Assembly: GCF_018350175.1 (NCBI RefSeq)
Contig: NC_058368.1
Location: 88,166,001-88,230,000 of the forward strand
Source of the DNA: Felis catus
Lineage: Eukaryota
Direction: 5' to 3'
Length of the DNA: 64,000 nt
The notes under the pieces were generated by a model. The model worked only from the letters and a program-made list of their open reading frames with translations, searched no databases and was not told the DNA's origin. Of the stretch, positions 13,386-25,509 are shown piece after piece. Made by a program: the position numbers and the translations under genes. Within the stretch, counting starts at the first letter, position 1. The number at the start of each line of letters is the position of its first letter.

Positions 13386-15488
13386 TAGACATCATAGTTT
13401 GAGCAGAGACAAATGACTCAGAGATGCACTCAAGTTTGTGACTGAGATTTGGCCCCACACAATTTTTGGAGTTGGTTACCCAGCTCTGTGCAGCTGCTTG
13501 TTTGGAAGCCCAGGGAGGCAGAGGGAATGGGGCAGTGGAGGTGTCCCTGCAGGACGCGCTGTTGACTGTGGCATGATGGTCAGCACACACGGTGGGAGCA
13601 GGGGGCCTTGCTGACTAGGCTGCACGTTCTCCTCCACGCACCTGTCCTGAATCACACGGAGAGCAGTCCTGGGGGTCCAGGCCCCTGAACTTGCTGGAGG
13701 AAGTTGCAGGAAATGCAAGTCCAGTGACTTTGGAGTCAGGGCTCCACAATGGAGGGTCTGCTCAGTGCCCCTCGGCTGCTGGCATCTGCCCCCCACTGCT
13801 GAGCTCAACAGCCATCCCCTCCCCAGCCTCAGAGGAGCCTGCAAAGCCTCGGAGCCTGGTGGGTTCTGGTTCAGGGTCTGGCCCTGGGGAAGGACTCAGC
13901 ATGGCCTGTTTGTCCGCATCCTCCCTTGTGGGGGGATCAGCCACAGGTATCAGGGGGACCTGATGAAACACGGAAGCCTTGGGGTCAGAGCTCTCTGGGG
14001 TCAGTGCGGCAGAGGGGGTGTAGAGTGAACAGCCTGGATGAAGGATCCACGTACCCCCAGGCCCTCCAGGGAACCTGCAGCTAGGGTGAGAGTCCCAGTC
14101 ATGGGGTGGCGACTTCTGGGATGGGGCACTGGCCCCTACATGCAAATAGCTCCCCTTCTGCTGAGTCCTGACCCACAGTGCGGGTGTGAATGTCTTCTCA
14201 GTCCCAGTGCCTGCCCAGCTTTCTCTGCTGGTCTGGGGGTGAAGGTCAGTCCACGCCTACCAACCCAGGACCATATCCTGAGTGGCACCATCCCTGCCAG
14301 CAGTAGTAACAATATGATAGAAATGAAATGCTTTCTCAAATCAGGTTTTGCCATCAAGTCAGGGCATGGACTATTTCTGCTTTAGTTACAAATGTGGACA
14401 TGTATGTTCTGATTTCCCTTGAGACTCGGACCCATGGATTATTCACAAGTATGCATCTTAGTTTCCAAGCATTTGGACAATTCCCTGATGTCTTTGTGGT
14501 ATTGATTTCCAGTTTGACTTCACTGTGGCCAGAGAAGACACCCTGTATGATTTCAGCTCTTTCAAATTTGGTGAGGTTATGTCACGCCCCGCGGTACGGT
14601 CTATCTTGGCAGATGTCCCATGATATTTGCAAGGAGTAAATGGTCTGCTGCTGTTGGGTGGTGTTAATCAGACTGTTTGGTCAATGGGCTTGCTGATTTT
14701 CTATCTAGTAGCTTGATCACCTGCTCACAGAGGCTGAGGTCCACAGATACAAGGTGAGTTTGTTTACATCTCCTTTCAGCTCTAACAATTTTTACCTTGT
14801 GGATTTTGAAGCTCTGTTGTTTGGTGTGTACACATTCAGGAGGGAAAAGGAAAATAGAACATATCAGAACGTGTGGGGTGCAGCAAAAGCAGTGCTGAGA
14901 GGGAAATTTATAGCACTGAGTGCTCACATCAGAAAATAGGGCAGGTTTTAAGGCAATATTGTCAGTTCCTGCTTCAAGGAACTGGAAAAGGGGGAGCAAA
15001 GTAAAACCAAAGCAAGAAGAATGAAGGAAATAATAAAGTTAAGAGCAGAAATGGATGAAATTGGAAACAGGAAAATAGAGAAATCAATGAAACAAAAGCT
15101 GGATCTTCAAAAAACTCTATCATGTTTATAAACCCCTGGCAAGACTAAAGAAGTTAAAATGGGGGAAGACACAAGCCACCAAGATCAGGACATCAGGACA
15201 AGGGGCATCACTACAGACCCCAGGACATCACAAGGATCATGAGGCAATGCTACAAACAACATTATGCTAAAAAAGTCAACAAGTTAGAAGAAACAGGACC
15301 AATTCCTCTCAAACTATAGATTACTGAAACTCAACCAAGATGAAGGAAATCACCTGGATAGTCCTATAATTTTTTTTAATGGTGTAAATAAAAAGCTCCT
15401 AAAAAAAAGAAGTCTCCATTACCCAGTGGTTTCATTGAAACTTTTATCAAACATTTAAGGAAAAAACATCAATTTTATACAATTTCTT

Positions 15489-15693
15489 TTTTTAAACGTT
15501 TATTTATGAGACAGAGAGAGACAGAGCATGAATGGGGGAGGGTCAGAGAGAGAGGAAGACACAGAATCCAAAGCAGGCTCCAGGCTCTGAGCTGTCAGCA
15601 CAGAGCCTGACGCGGGGCTTGAACTCACAGACCGTGAGATCATGACCTGAGCTGAAGTCAGACGCTTAACCGACTGAGCCACCCAGGCGCCCC
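15489..15693 (-). mobile_element. CAN-SINE inserted in L1
   Basis: SINE body with TSD tacaatttctt at 15478-15488 and 15694-15704. Confidence 0.95.
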
Positions 15694-16133
15694 TACAATT
15701 TCTTCTAGGAATATAAAAGAGATGGAAATAGACCCCAACTCATGTTAGGAAGCCAGTATTGTCCTGTCTGATGCCCAAACCTGGCAAAGGTACAAAAAAG
15801 GAGAAAACGACAGACTAATAACCCTTAAGAACTTAGAAGCAAAATTCTCAGCAAACTATTAGCAAACCAAATGTAGCAATGTTCAAAAAGAATTATATAC
15901 TATGGAAAGTGGGATTCACTTCAGATGTGCAAGTCTTGGTCCACATTTGAAAATGAACATCTGCAATCAATCACACCCACAGTCTAAAGGAGAGAAATCA
16001 TATGATTGTATTGATTGATGAAGAAAAGGCATCTGAAAAAAATCCAATAGTCATCCAAGACAAAAACTCTTAGCAAACTAGGAATTGAAGATAACTTTTT
16101 CTACTGATAAAGACCATTAAAAAATAAAACCCA

Positions 16134-16349
16134 GGGTTGCCTGAATGGCTCGGCCAGTTGAGTTTCAAGCTTGTGATTTCTGCTCAGGTCATGATCTCAT
16201 GGTTCATGAGTTCAAGCCCCACGTCAGGCTCTGCACTGTCAGCGCAGAGCCTGCTTGGGATTCTCTCTTCTTCTCTCTCTGCCCCTCCATGCTCTCTCTC
16301 TCTCTCTCTCTCTCTCTCAAAATAAATCAATAATCATTAAAAAAAAAAC
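16134..16349 (+). mobile_element. CAN-SINE inserted in L1
   Basis: gggttgcctgaatggctc...gctcaggtcatgatctc...(CT)n, then aaaataaa and an A-tail. Confidence 0.92.
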
Positions 16350-18309
16350 TCCTGCAAGTAACATACTTAATGGTGAAAAATGAAAGCTTTCTCCCTAAGA
16401 TGGAGTATATGACAAGGATGTCTACTGTTTTATTCAACATAGAATTGGAAGTTGTAGCCAGTGTGATAAGACAGGAAAAAGAATATTGGCAGATCATGTG
16501 ATTATCTCATGCCAATCCCAATCCCAATGAATCTTACAAAAAAAAAAAGACAACTCACAAAACCTTCTGGAACTAAGTTCTGTAAGTTTGCAGCATACAA
16601 AATCAACACATAGAATCAACTTCATGTCTGTATACTTACAACAACTTGTGGAAACTGAAATATGATTTTAATCCGTCCAAGGAAAGGAAATACTCATTGA
16701 TAAACTTAACAAAACACATACAGGACCTGTGTGCTGAAGTTACAAAACAATGATCAAAGAATTCAAAGAAAACCCAAATAGAGACGTGTTCATGTTCATA
16801 GATTGGAAAACTCAAACATAGTAAAGATGCCAGTTGTCCCCAAGTTGATCTATAGACTTCATGTAATCCCTAGAAAAACCTCAGCAAGGTGTTTTTTCAT
16901 AGGCACAGACAAGCATGTTCTAAAATGTATACAAAAAGGCACAGATCCTAAACTACCCAAAAAAGCTTGAAAAAGAAGAATGAATTGGAAGAAACAGTCT
17001 TCTCAATGTTCATGCCTGTTGTACAGCCACAGAAATGAGGGTACTGTGGTGTCTGTGGAGGCACACTGCAGACCCTGGGACATCACATTTGCAAACCAGC
17101 CATCTGGCTAAGAATTATACCTACAATATATTAAGAGCTTCCAAAACTCAACATTAAAAAAATCAGTACATTTAGAGAATAAGCAGAAGATGAACACATT
17201 ATTCACCAAAGAGGAGATACAGATGGCAAATAAAAATCACTAGTGTTCAACATCATCAGCCATTAGGGAAATGCAAATTAAAACCACAATGAGACACCAC
17301 TGCATGCCTATAAAAACGTCTAAAAAAACAGTGACACGCCCCAAATGTTGGCAGGGATGTGGAGAAACTGGATCTTTTGTACGCTGCTGGTGGGATTGTA
17401 CAATTGTGCAGCCACTCTGGAGAACAGTTTGACAGTTTCTCACAAAACTGAACATGCAACTACCATATGACCCAGCATGGGTCTCCTGGGCATGCATCCC
17501 AGAGAAATAAAACGTATGTTCACACAAAACCTTTACATGAATGTTTACAGCAGTTTTTACTCATAATAGCCAGAAACTGGATGGAGCCCAGATGTCCTTC
17601 AACGGGTGAGTGCTTAACAGACTGTGGTCCATCCATACAGTGGAGTCCTCTGCAGCATAAAAAAGAAGAAACTTACACTTGGCAATCTGGGTGGGTCTCC
17701 AGGGAATTAGGCTCAGTGCAAAAGCCAGTCCCCAAAGGTCACATACTGTATGATTCCATGCATGTAGTATTCCTAAACCGACAAAATGATGGATGGAGGT
17801 CAGGTTAGTGGGCTCCAGAGGTGGGAGCTGGGATGGGTGTGGCTATAAAAGGGAAGCAGGTGTTACCCTGTGGTGATGGAGGTGCTGTGTACCGGCCCGC
17901 GGCAGTGGACACATGAACCCCCATGTGTGATGACATTGCGTGGAACTGAACACATGGACACACAGAGTGCATGCACCAAGGTCAACTGATTGTGTCAATG
18001 TCAGTTCCCTGGATGCCATATTGTCCTAGAGTTTTGCAACAGTTTTTTTCTACCAAGGGTAGCCAGATGAAGGCTACAAGGGCTGCCTTTATTATTTCTT
18101 GCAATTATATGTGGATCTACATTTATCTCAAAACAACAAATTTTAAAAACTTTGAAACACGTTAAGAAATGTTTATTATGCACCCAAGTTTCCCAGCACA
18201 CATCTCACAGAAGGCAAGGTGGTGTGAACACATGGTGTCCCACCATTAGGAAAAAGCTCCATGTCCACTGGCATCTGTCCCAGGACAGGTCCTGTGCTGG
18301 GTACTGTCC

Positions 18310-19010
18310 AGAGGGTGTATGCACTGGCTGGGACGCTGGACCAGGATTCTGGTTGGGATGCTGGACCATAATACTGCCTGGGATGTTGTACCAGGATGCT
18401 GCCTGGGATGCTGAACTGAGTGCTGACTAGGACGCTGGACCCGGATGCTGGCTAGGATGTTGGACCAGGATGCTGTCGAGGACACTGGAGCAGGATGCTG
18501 GCTGGGATCTAAAGTGGGTGCTGGCTAGGAGGCTGGACCAGGATGCTTCCTGAGATGCTGGACCAGGATGCTGGCTGGGAAGCATCCTGATGCTGAACTG
18601 AGTGCTGACTAGGACCCTGGACCTGGATACTGGCTGGGATGTTGGACCAGGATGCTGTCGAGGACAGTGGACCAGGATGCTGGCTGGGATGCTGGACCAT
18701 GATGTTAGCTGGGATCTAAAGTGGGTGCTGGCTAGGAGGCTGGACCAGGATGATGGCTGGGATGCTCTCTGGGATGCTGGACCAGGATGCTGCCTGGACC
18801 TGGATGCTGGCTGGGATGTTGGACCAGGATGCTGGATGGGACGCTGGCTGGGATCTAAAGTGGGTGCTGGCTAGGAGGCTGGACCAGGATGCTGGCTAGG
18901 AGGCAAGACCAGGATGCTTCCTGGGATGCTGAACAGGGTGCTGACTAGGATGCTGGACCCAGATGCTTGGTCCAGCCGGCTGGATACTGAGCCCTGTCTG
19001 GGATGCTGGG
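18310..19010. repeat. Minisatellite of 12-13 bp units (GGATGCTGGACCA / GGATGCTGGCTG)
   Basis: Units are directly visible. The longer block gggatctaaagtgggtgctggctaggaggctggaccaggatg recurs at 18504, 18711 and 18850. Confidence 0.93.
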
Positions 19011-19554
19011 CCCTTAACTCGCTGACCTGCAGGGGGCAGCCTGGCCACACAGGGATGGGCCCTGGCAGAGGCTCTGCTGGGCTCAGCTTCCCAGTCCCAG
19101 CTGTGAGAGGACCAGCCTTCTCTTCCTTCCTCTCTCTCTCATGAGCGTGCACACACACACATGCTCACGATCTCACACACACATACACGCCCCATAGCCC
19201 ATGAGCTCATTCTGCCCACGGCTGGCAGGCTGGGTGGGATCATTTCTCCTTGAGCTCTTTGTCCAGCTCAGTTTCAAATGACTCATGAGTGGCTTTCACC
19301 ATCTCCCCCAGGGAGACCCCCTGCTTGGCCCCATAAACCTTCCCAATTAGGCAATGTTTCCTGATAAGCGGCTGCTTGCCCGCTCCTTTCCAGACCACCC
19401 GGAGAACTGCACCCCCTCTCCATCCTGGCAGTAGCTGGCAATACCTCCCCAGCCTGCCCCTCCCAGAGTCTCCTGGAGCTCCACACTCATTGCTGTTGAC
19501 TGGGCAACTGAGGCCCAGAGAAGGGGTAAGGACTGGGTGGGTGACAGGCTTCCT

Positions 19555-20153
19555 CCTGTCCTCTGTCCCCTCCATCTCTCTCTGTCTCTCATTCTCTCTC
19601 TGTCTCTCTCCTCAATGCTCTGTCTCTGTCCCCTCCATTTCTTTGTCTCTCTCTCTCTCTGTCTCTCTCCCCAACGTTCTGTCTCTGTTCCCTCCATCTC
19701 GCTGTTTCTCTCATTGTTTCTCTGTCTCTCCCCCAGGCTCTGTCTCTGTCCCCTCCATCTGTCTCTGTCTCTCTCATTGTCTCTCTGTCTCTCCTCCCAA
19801 TGCTCTGTCTCTGTCCCCTCCATCTCTCTGTCTCTCTGTCTCTCATTCTCTGTCTCTCCCCTCAACACTCTGTCCTGTCCCCTCCATCTCTCTGTCTCTA
19901 TCTCTCTCATTCTCTCTCTGTCTCTCCCCCCAAAACTCTGTCTCTGTCCCCTCCATCTCTCTGTCTCTGTCTCTCATTCTCTCTCTGTCTCTCCCCCCAA
20001 CACTCTGTCTCCGTCCCCTCCATCTCTCTGTCTCTGTCTCTCTCATTCTCTCTCTGTCTCTCCCTCCAATGCTCTGTCTCTGTCCCCTCCATCTCATTGT
20101 CTCTGTCTCTCATTCTCTCTGTTTCTCCCCCCAATGCTCTGTCTCTGTCCCCT
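19555..20153. repeat. CT-rich minisatellite, ~60-70 bp unit
   Basis: About nine copies of ctctgtctctgtcccctccatctctctgtctct...cattctctctctgtctctcccc. Confidence 0.93.
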
Positions 20154-21964
20154 GCTAGGAGGAGGGGACCGAGGGCATCATTGATAGACAGTGGAGACCC
20201 TCTGCAGCCACATCCAGTTGGGGCCTTGGAGACATCAGGAGGGGGCCTGCCCTTGCCCAGCCTGGGGTCATGGTGGCACCCCAACTTTGCAGGAGTCTGC
20301 TGTTCTGCGGAGTCCTGGGCAGCCCCTCTGCCTGGCTGAGGACCCACTCGGGGTCTGTTGCTGTGTGGGATTCCAGCAGTTCAGGGGGGTAAGCTCCCCA
20401 TGAATCTGGATACTTGCAAATGCATCAGGACCCAGTGCGTACTGAGGCCTTGGAGTTTCCCTTCCCCAGGTAGCCTTCTTTTTGGAGCACAATCCCCTCC
20501 CTGTTGTGAGGCAGCCCTCTTGGGCCAGTGCTCTTCCCCTCTGTGTTTCCCAGTCCTGACCCACGGGGATGCTTGCAGAACACACACAGTGCAGCCTGGT
20601 CGGCACCATTGCTCCGTGTCCCTGCAGGCCCTGGACCACCAGCAGCAGCTTGTCCTGACCCCCGCTCTGCATACCCTCCCCTGGCATACTGGCCTGTGCC
20701 CAGGCAGACCTAGGTGACCGTGGTGGGGGACAGAGTGCTTCCAGCCAGGGGAGCCTCAAGTCCAAGCTTTTTCAACAGAGACACGGGCAACCTTGCCTTT
20801 GGCCATTGCCAAGGGTGCCAGTGAGAAAGGCCTACCCTCCCTGGAAAACATCCCCTTCTCATGCTGTGCTGAGGCAGGGATGTTGGATCAGGCCTCAGTT
20901 TACCATCTGGGGCTGGTTCTGTGGACACCTGTCTTATGTGAGGAACCTTGCACCTTCCAGCTCCAGCCTGAGTGGACGCAGAGTGGCGCTGCTGTTCCAG
21001 GTGGACAAGGGGCTGGGTGTGGGTGGAGGCAGGGGTGCAGGTGCAGAGGTGGGGAGCCCCCAGGCCTCTCTGCACAACTTGCAGGGCCTGCGAGCAAGGT
21101 TTGTGCAGAAGGTAGGATTGAAGGCAGAGGCAGGGAAGGTGAGGGAGCCTGGGGTTGGGGTACCCAGCGGTCTCCCCAAGGTGCAGGGGCCGGGGCTGGC
21201 ACAGCCCAGACCCTTAGTTATGTCTCCAACATCACACTGCACGGGGCAGTGGGCCCTCCTGCTTGATGGCGGGCAAAGCCTGGTGGTCCTGCAGGCCTTG
21301 GTTCCCAGTCCCCAGACTGGAGGGTTCTCTCAGAACCCCTCTCCTGCTGCTATCTGGGGTGGCTTAGCTGGGGCTTACATGGGGCAGGGTGGGCTGCTCG
21401 TCTTTTCCAGCCTCCCTCGGACCAGCTGCGGCCCCCGGGCTGGGACCACCACCGCCTGCGTCCTCGGGACTCACTGGGCGGCCGCGGTAAGAACCCTCAG
21501 CCCCCTGCGGAAGGGAGTTCAGTAATGCCTGCAGCGCCTTCCAGACACACGTTTACAATCTCACACTTCATTTTTCTTGGACGCAATCTCCGTGCTTTTA
21601 AACATGTCATCACTCTGTGTCCCCCCCCACCCCACCCCTGGCCCCACACTTCCCGGGTGTGGGAGGCAGGCCTTCAGGTGGAGGCCCTGCGGGGGCTGCA
21701 GGAGGCCAAGGTCGTGGGGGCGGGGCAGGGCGCCCCCAGAGCGCGCAGCCTGGGTGGCCTTGGGCTGGTCCCTCAGCGTTCTCTTTGCAGAGCCAGCCCT
21801 GGTGGTGAGGTGGGTGTGAACACATGAGGGCAGGAGAGCGCCCCCTCCCACAGGAGGGGTTAATGACGTGAGGCCAGTCACACCCACGGAGAGGGCTAAC
21901 CATGGGTGGGGGCCTCCGAAACATGACATCACAGCTTAGACAAAGCCACGGCTCCCCAGAGTCT

Positions 21965-22030
21965 CATGGGTCTCAGATGGGGCAGCTGAGGCCCTGAGAG
22001 AAAGTGACTTGTCCAGGCCCCACCTACAGG
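21965..22030. mobile_element. MIR core fragment
   Basis: cagatggggcagctgaggccctgagagaaagtgacttgtccagg matches the MIR core. Similar fragments lie near 19495-19535 and 62300-62340. Confidence 0.5.
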
Positions 22031-23270
22031 AGCTCCGCAGGCAAGAGGGGGCATGCTCACCTGCCCCCAGGGGCCACTGTCAGGTGCATTCCCCACCCCC
22101 CTGCTTTGCCTCTGAGCACAGAATGGTGGATTGTTAGAACCCACCAGCCCAACCTCTGAAGGCGCTCGGATCCCCCGGATACAGGGCCCCTGAACAGAGC
22201 CCCTGGGGGCTCTGAGACCCCTCAGATCCAGGGTCCCTGTGCCCAGAAGCAGCTCCCCCAGTTCTCCCCTCGCAGCAGCGTCTTTAAATTATCTGGAGGC
22301 TGGCCTTTTGGGACACCTGCACCGCGGCCTGGGCGGCAGAGCTGTGCTCTCTTCCCGGGTGTGTGTGGCTACGGACACGGAGCACCCTTGGCCCGGCCGG
22401 CGTCCAAGGGTTCTCCTGGAACCCAGTCTTGTGTCCGGTAATTTGTATATCTGTCCGGATTCTGGGTTCTCTGACACCCGTCTTGCTTCAGCAGTGCCTC
22501 TATCGTGTCCCCTGCTGCCCCTTTAGTGCCCCGGTTTCCCTTCCTCCCAGGCCCCGCTGGACAGAGGCGCAGAGAAGGGGCAGGTGCCCGGGCATCCAAG
22601 CCGTCAGTGACCTCAGCCTTTAGCTCAGCTCCCTCGGTTTAAGGATGGGGAGACAGAGGTCCCCAAAGCTTGAGCGACCCGGCCCGTGCCCTCCGGTGGC
22701 CAGGTTGCCTGCTCCCCGAGGGATCCGGCTTCGCGAAGAGCGAAGACCCGCCTGCTGCCGGGTCTCCGGGTCCACGCAAACTCCCAGGGGAGCGGGCGCG
22801 CGCGCTTCAGCCCAGGGCCAACCTCGAGTCCGCTAGGCCCCACCCCTGCGCGTCCGGGCCCCGAGCTCCGCCCCCGGGCCCTCCACGCGCCCCCCCCCCC
22901 GGCCCCGCCCCCATGGCGGCTCCGGGTCAGCCCAACCCGGCGGGCCGCTCGAAGCCAGAGCCGGCGCTCCGCCTCGGCCCCGCCCAGGCCCTCCACGCGC
23001 CCCCACCCCGCCCCGGCCGCCGCGGCTCGGAGCCAACGCTCCGCCCCGGCCGCCCCCTCGCCCGCTCCCCACTCCTCCCGCCCCCCACGCGCTCCGCCTC
23101 CACGCGCGGGGCGCGCCCCGACACCCGAGGGGCCGGGCGGCGGCGCGGCGGGGCGGTGCGCTCGGCTCGGGTTTCGGCCCGCCCCCGGCGCCGGCGTGAC
23201 CCCTCCTTGGGTGCGGGCGGGCCAGGCCCAGCTGGCCGGCGCCCCGCCCCCGGCCCGGCGCTCCGGGCGC

Positions 23271-23277
23271 TATAAGA
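23271..23277 (+). promoter_or_regulatory. TATA-like box (TATAAGA)
   Basis: Isolated AT element in GC-rich context, preceded by GC boxes and 75 nt upstream of the ATG. It implies a TSS near ~23300 (inferred). Confidence 0.6.
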
Positions 23278-23345
23278 GGGCGGCGGCCGCGGGGCGCCCT
23301 GCGCGGGGCTGGGAGCGCGATGGTCAGCCGCCGAGGCGCGGCAAG

Positions 23346-23440
23346 ATGCTGGATGGGCCCCTGCTGGCGCGCTGGCTGGCCGCGGCCTTCGCGCTGACGC
23401 TGCTGCTCGCCGCGCTGCGCCCCTCGGCCGCCTACTTCGG
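23346..23440 (+). CDS. WNT9A: WNT9A coding exon 1 (signal peptide, 95 nt)
   Basis: ATG at 23346 (gcaagATGc) encodes [31 protein letters not shown](G), a hydrophobic signal peptide matching the WNT9A N-terminus. The donor CGG|gtaggt starts at 23441, and the phase (31 codons + 2 nt) fits exon 2. Confidence 0.96.
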
Positions 23441-25509
23441 GTAGGTGCGGGCGGCGCGGGGACGGGGCGCGGGGCGGGCGGCCCAGGTGCGCGGGCCCCA
23501 GCCGGCTGGCTGGGGGCCGGCGGGTTGCCGGGCGCTGTTTGTTTGCGTCCTGGCGGCGCGGCGTGGGGAGAGGGGCCGGCGCACCCGACGACGGGCTGGC
23601 GGCGGGGCCGCGGTCCCCCGTGACCCCGGAGCCGTCGTGGCCGCGACGCGCCCGTGTGCGGGGCTCCCCGGAGTCGGGGGACCCAAGCTGGTCCTGGCTC
23701 CCTGTTAGGCCGCCGAGTTCTGGCGGAACGGCTGGAGCCTCCCCCGGCCCCTACCCACCCACCCGCCTTGCAGCTTCCCCCCTCCTTTCTCTCCTCGAGA
23801 AGTTAATTTAACAACAACAAAAAAAAATACGTACAAAATCCAGATGTTCCTTGCACCGAGCCCCAAAGGAGGAAAAAAAAAAAATAACTCCAAGCTGGAG
23901 GCATTTATTTTTCTTGCGCTTTGCTTCTTACGGCCGCTCGGGCCCCGGCCCCGCGGGAGCGCGTCTGTGGGACCCGACCGGTGCACAGGGCCCGGCCGGG
24001 GCCGTGAACGGCGCCCCCCCCCACCCCCGCCGTCTCAGGGGTCGCCTCCCGGAGCGCGTCTCCGTAGTAGCAGTGTGCGTGTTTCCTGCGCGTCGCTCCC
24101 GGCCGTTCGCTCCTGCCCTGTACTTCCTCGCCCCTGTCCCCCAGATCTGGGATGTCCAGCCCAGAGACCTTTGGGGACCCTTCCTCGCTGCGCCACGCAG
24201 ATGGGCACCCGGAGGTCCGGGGGTGGCACGGCGCCAGCACCCCCGCGGGGTCTCTGGACTCCTCTCCTGCTGCCCAGGCACCGCCCCTGGAGCCGCGCGG
24301 CCCACTCTCTCGCTCTGGCCCCTGCCCTGGGCGCCCCGTGGCTGCTTCTGGTCGCCGCCCTCCGCCCGTCACCTGTTCCCTCGCCCCGGGCCTGGACGCC
24401 GTCGCGCGGCGGCTGGCCGGCAGAGGGCCCCGTTGGTCCAGAAATGTGGCACCGTCAGGGCGGGGAGAGGCCACTGGGCTAGGAGCCCTGCAGGTGTATC
24501 CTGTTCTCAAAGAAAATAAAATATTTTCATGGGAAACTTTCCCTTTGTGTTTTTCTTTCCCCCCCTTCTCCTTCTGTTCCTTTCTCCTGGGTCGTCTTCC
24601 AGGGTCAGCTCCGTGTCTACTTCCCCTGGAGACCCCACCCGGCAGCCCTCTCCTGGCTGGGGCCTCGGCTGTGCAGAGGCTGGCACGCCCCTGCACGCCA
24701 TCTGTGCAGCCTTTGCCTCGCCCTCGCGGGCAGAGGGAGGGTCAGAGGATGGCCGTCTGGCCGCAGGTCCACGGTGAGTCACGGCGGCCTGTTAGCCAGC
24801 TGTGCCTCCCCACTCTCCCGGCCCAGCCTCGGGTCTGCTCACCAGGCTTCAGACACACCCTGGGCTTGTCTGCTCCCAGCGGCTCCCTGCTGACAGCCCT
24901 GCTTCTCCTGGGGAGGTCAGAGCCACAGAGGGGAGGTGGGGGTCTCGGGTCCTGGCTGGAAGCCCTCCACCCTTACCACGGGCAGCCTCCAGACTTTTTA
25001 CTTCTGGGGAAGTTGTTGAGCTCTGCTGTTTAGTTCACGGGCCTGGGGGAGAGGGCCTGGTGCCCCTGTGAACTCCCCTGACCAGCCCTCTTGTCCAGCA
25101 TGTTGGCCCCAAAGGCTGTCCTGTGCAGAGTGTACCAGGCAGATGTATGGCCAGGGGACAGCTGGCTCTGCTGGGGGCCCTGCCACCACCGTACCAGGCA
25201 GGAGAGCTGGGTTCTGTTTGACGGACAGAGGTCCTGGGGTGGGGTCTGCTGGGTGCCAGCAGGATGGGCAGAGCAGAGTAGACTTTATGGATCTTTGCCC
25301 AGCAAGCACCTCAGGGGTTGATTCCCAAGGTGGGGCCAGACCTGGGAAGAGAGGAGGGGGAAAGACACACTCTGGACCAGTCTGTGCATGGAGGCCCAGC
25401 CTTTCTGGTCAGCAGTGACTGGCTGGGCCTGGGTCTGGGGCCCTTTCTCCCGGCCCAGCAAAGTGGCAGGGGCTGAAGTGCCAGGGGAAGGAGATAGCCT
25501 GAGATGGGC

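Larger units (their letters stand above)
14400..18150 (+). mobile_element. Old L1 (L1MC-like 3' end) with inverted 5' segment (14400-14840) and two SINE insertions
   Basis: From ~14841 the + strand reads ENRTYQNVWGAAKAVLRGKFIAL and continues as decayed ORF2 to an L1MC-type terminus (gtggatctacatttatctcaaaa). 14400-14840 is antisense endonuclease-domain sequence. Confidence 0.85.
22660..24480. promoter_or_regulatory. CpG island spanning the WNT9A promoter and exon 1
   Basis: Very GC- and CpG-dense stretch with many GC boxes (ccccgccc, gggcgg) around exon 1. Confidence 0.92.

Noticed and set aside
22686..23345. In-frame N-terminal extension of WNT9A in the ORF track
   Set aside because: Starts at a non-ATG codon upstream of the TATA box in stop-poor CpG-island DNA, and would bury the signal peptide.
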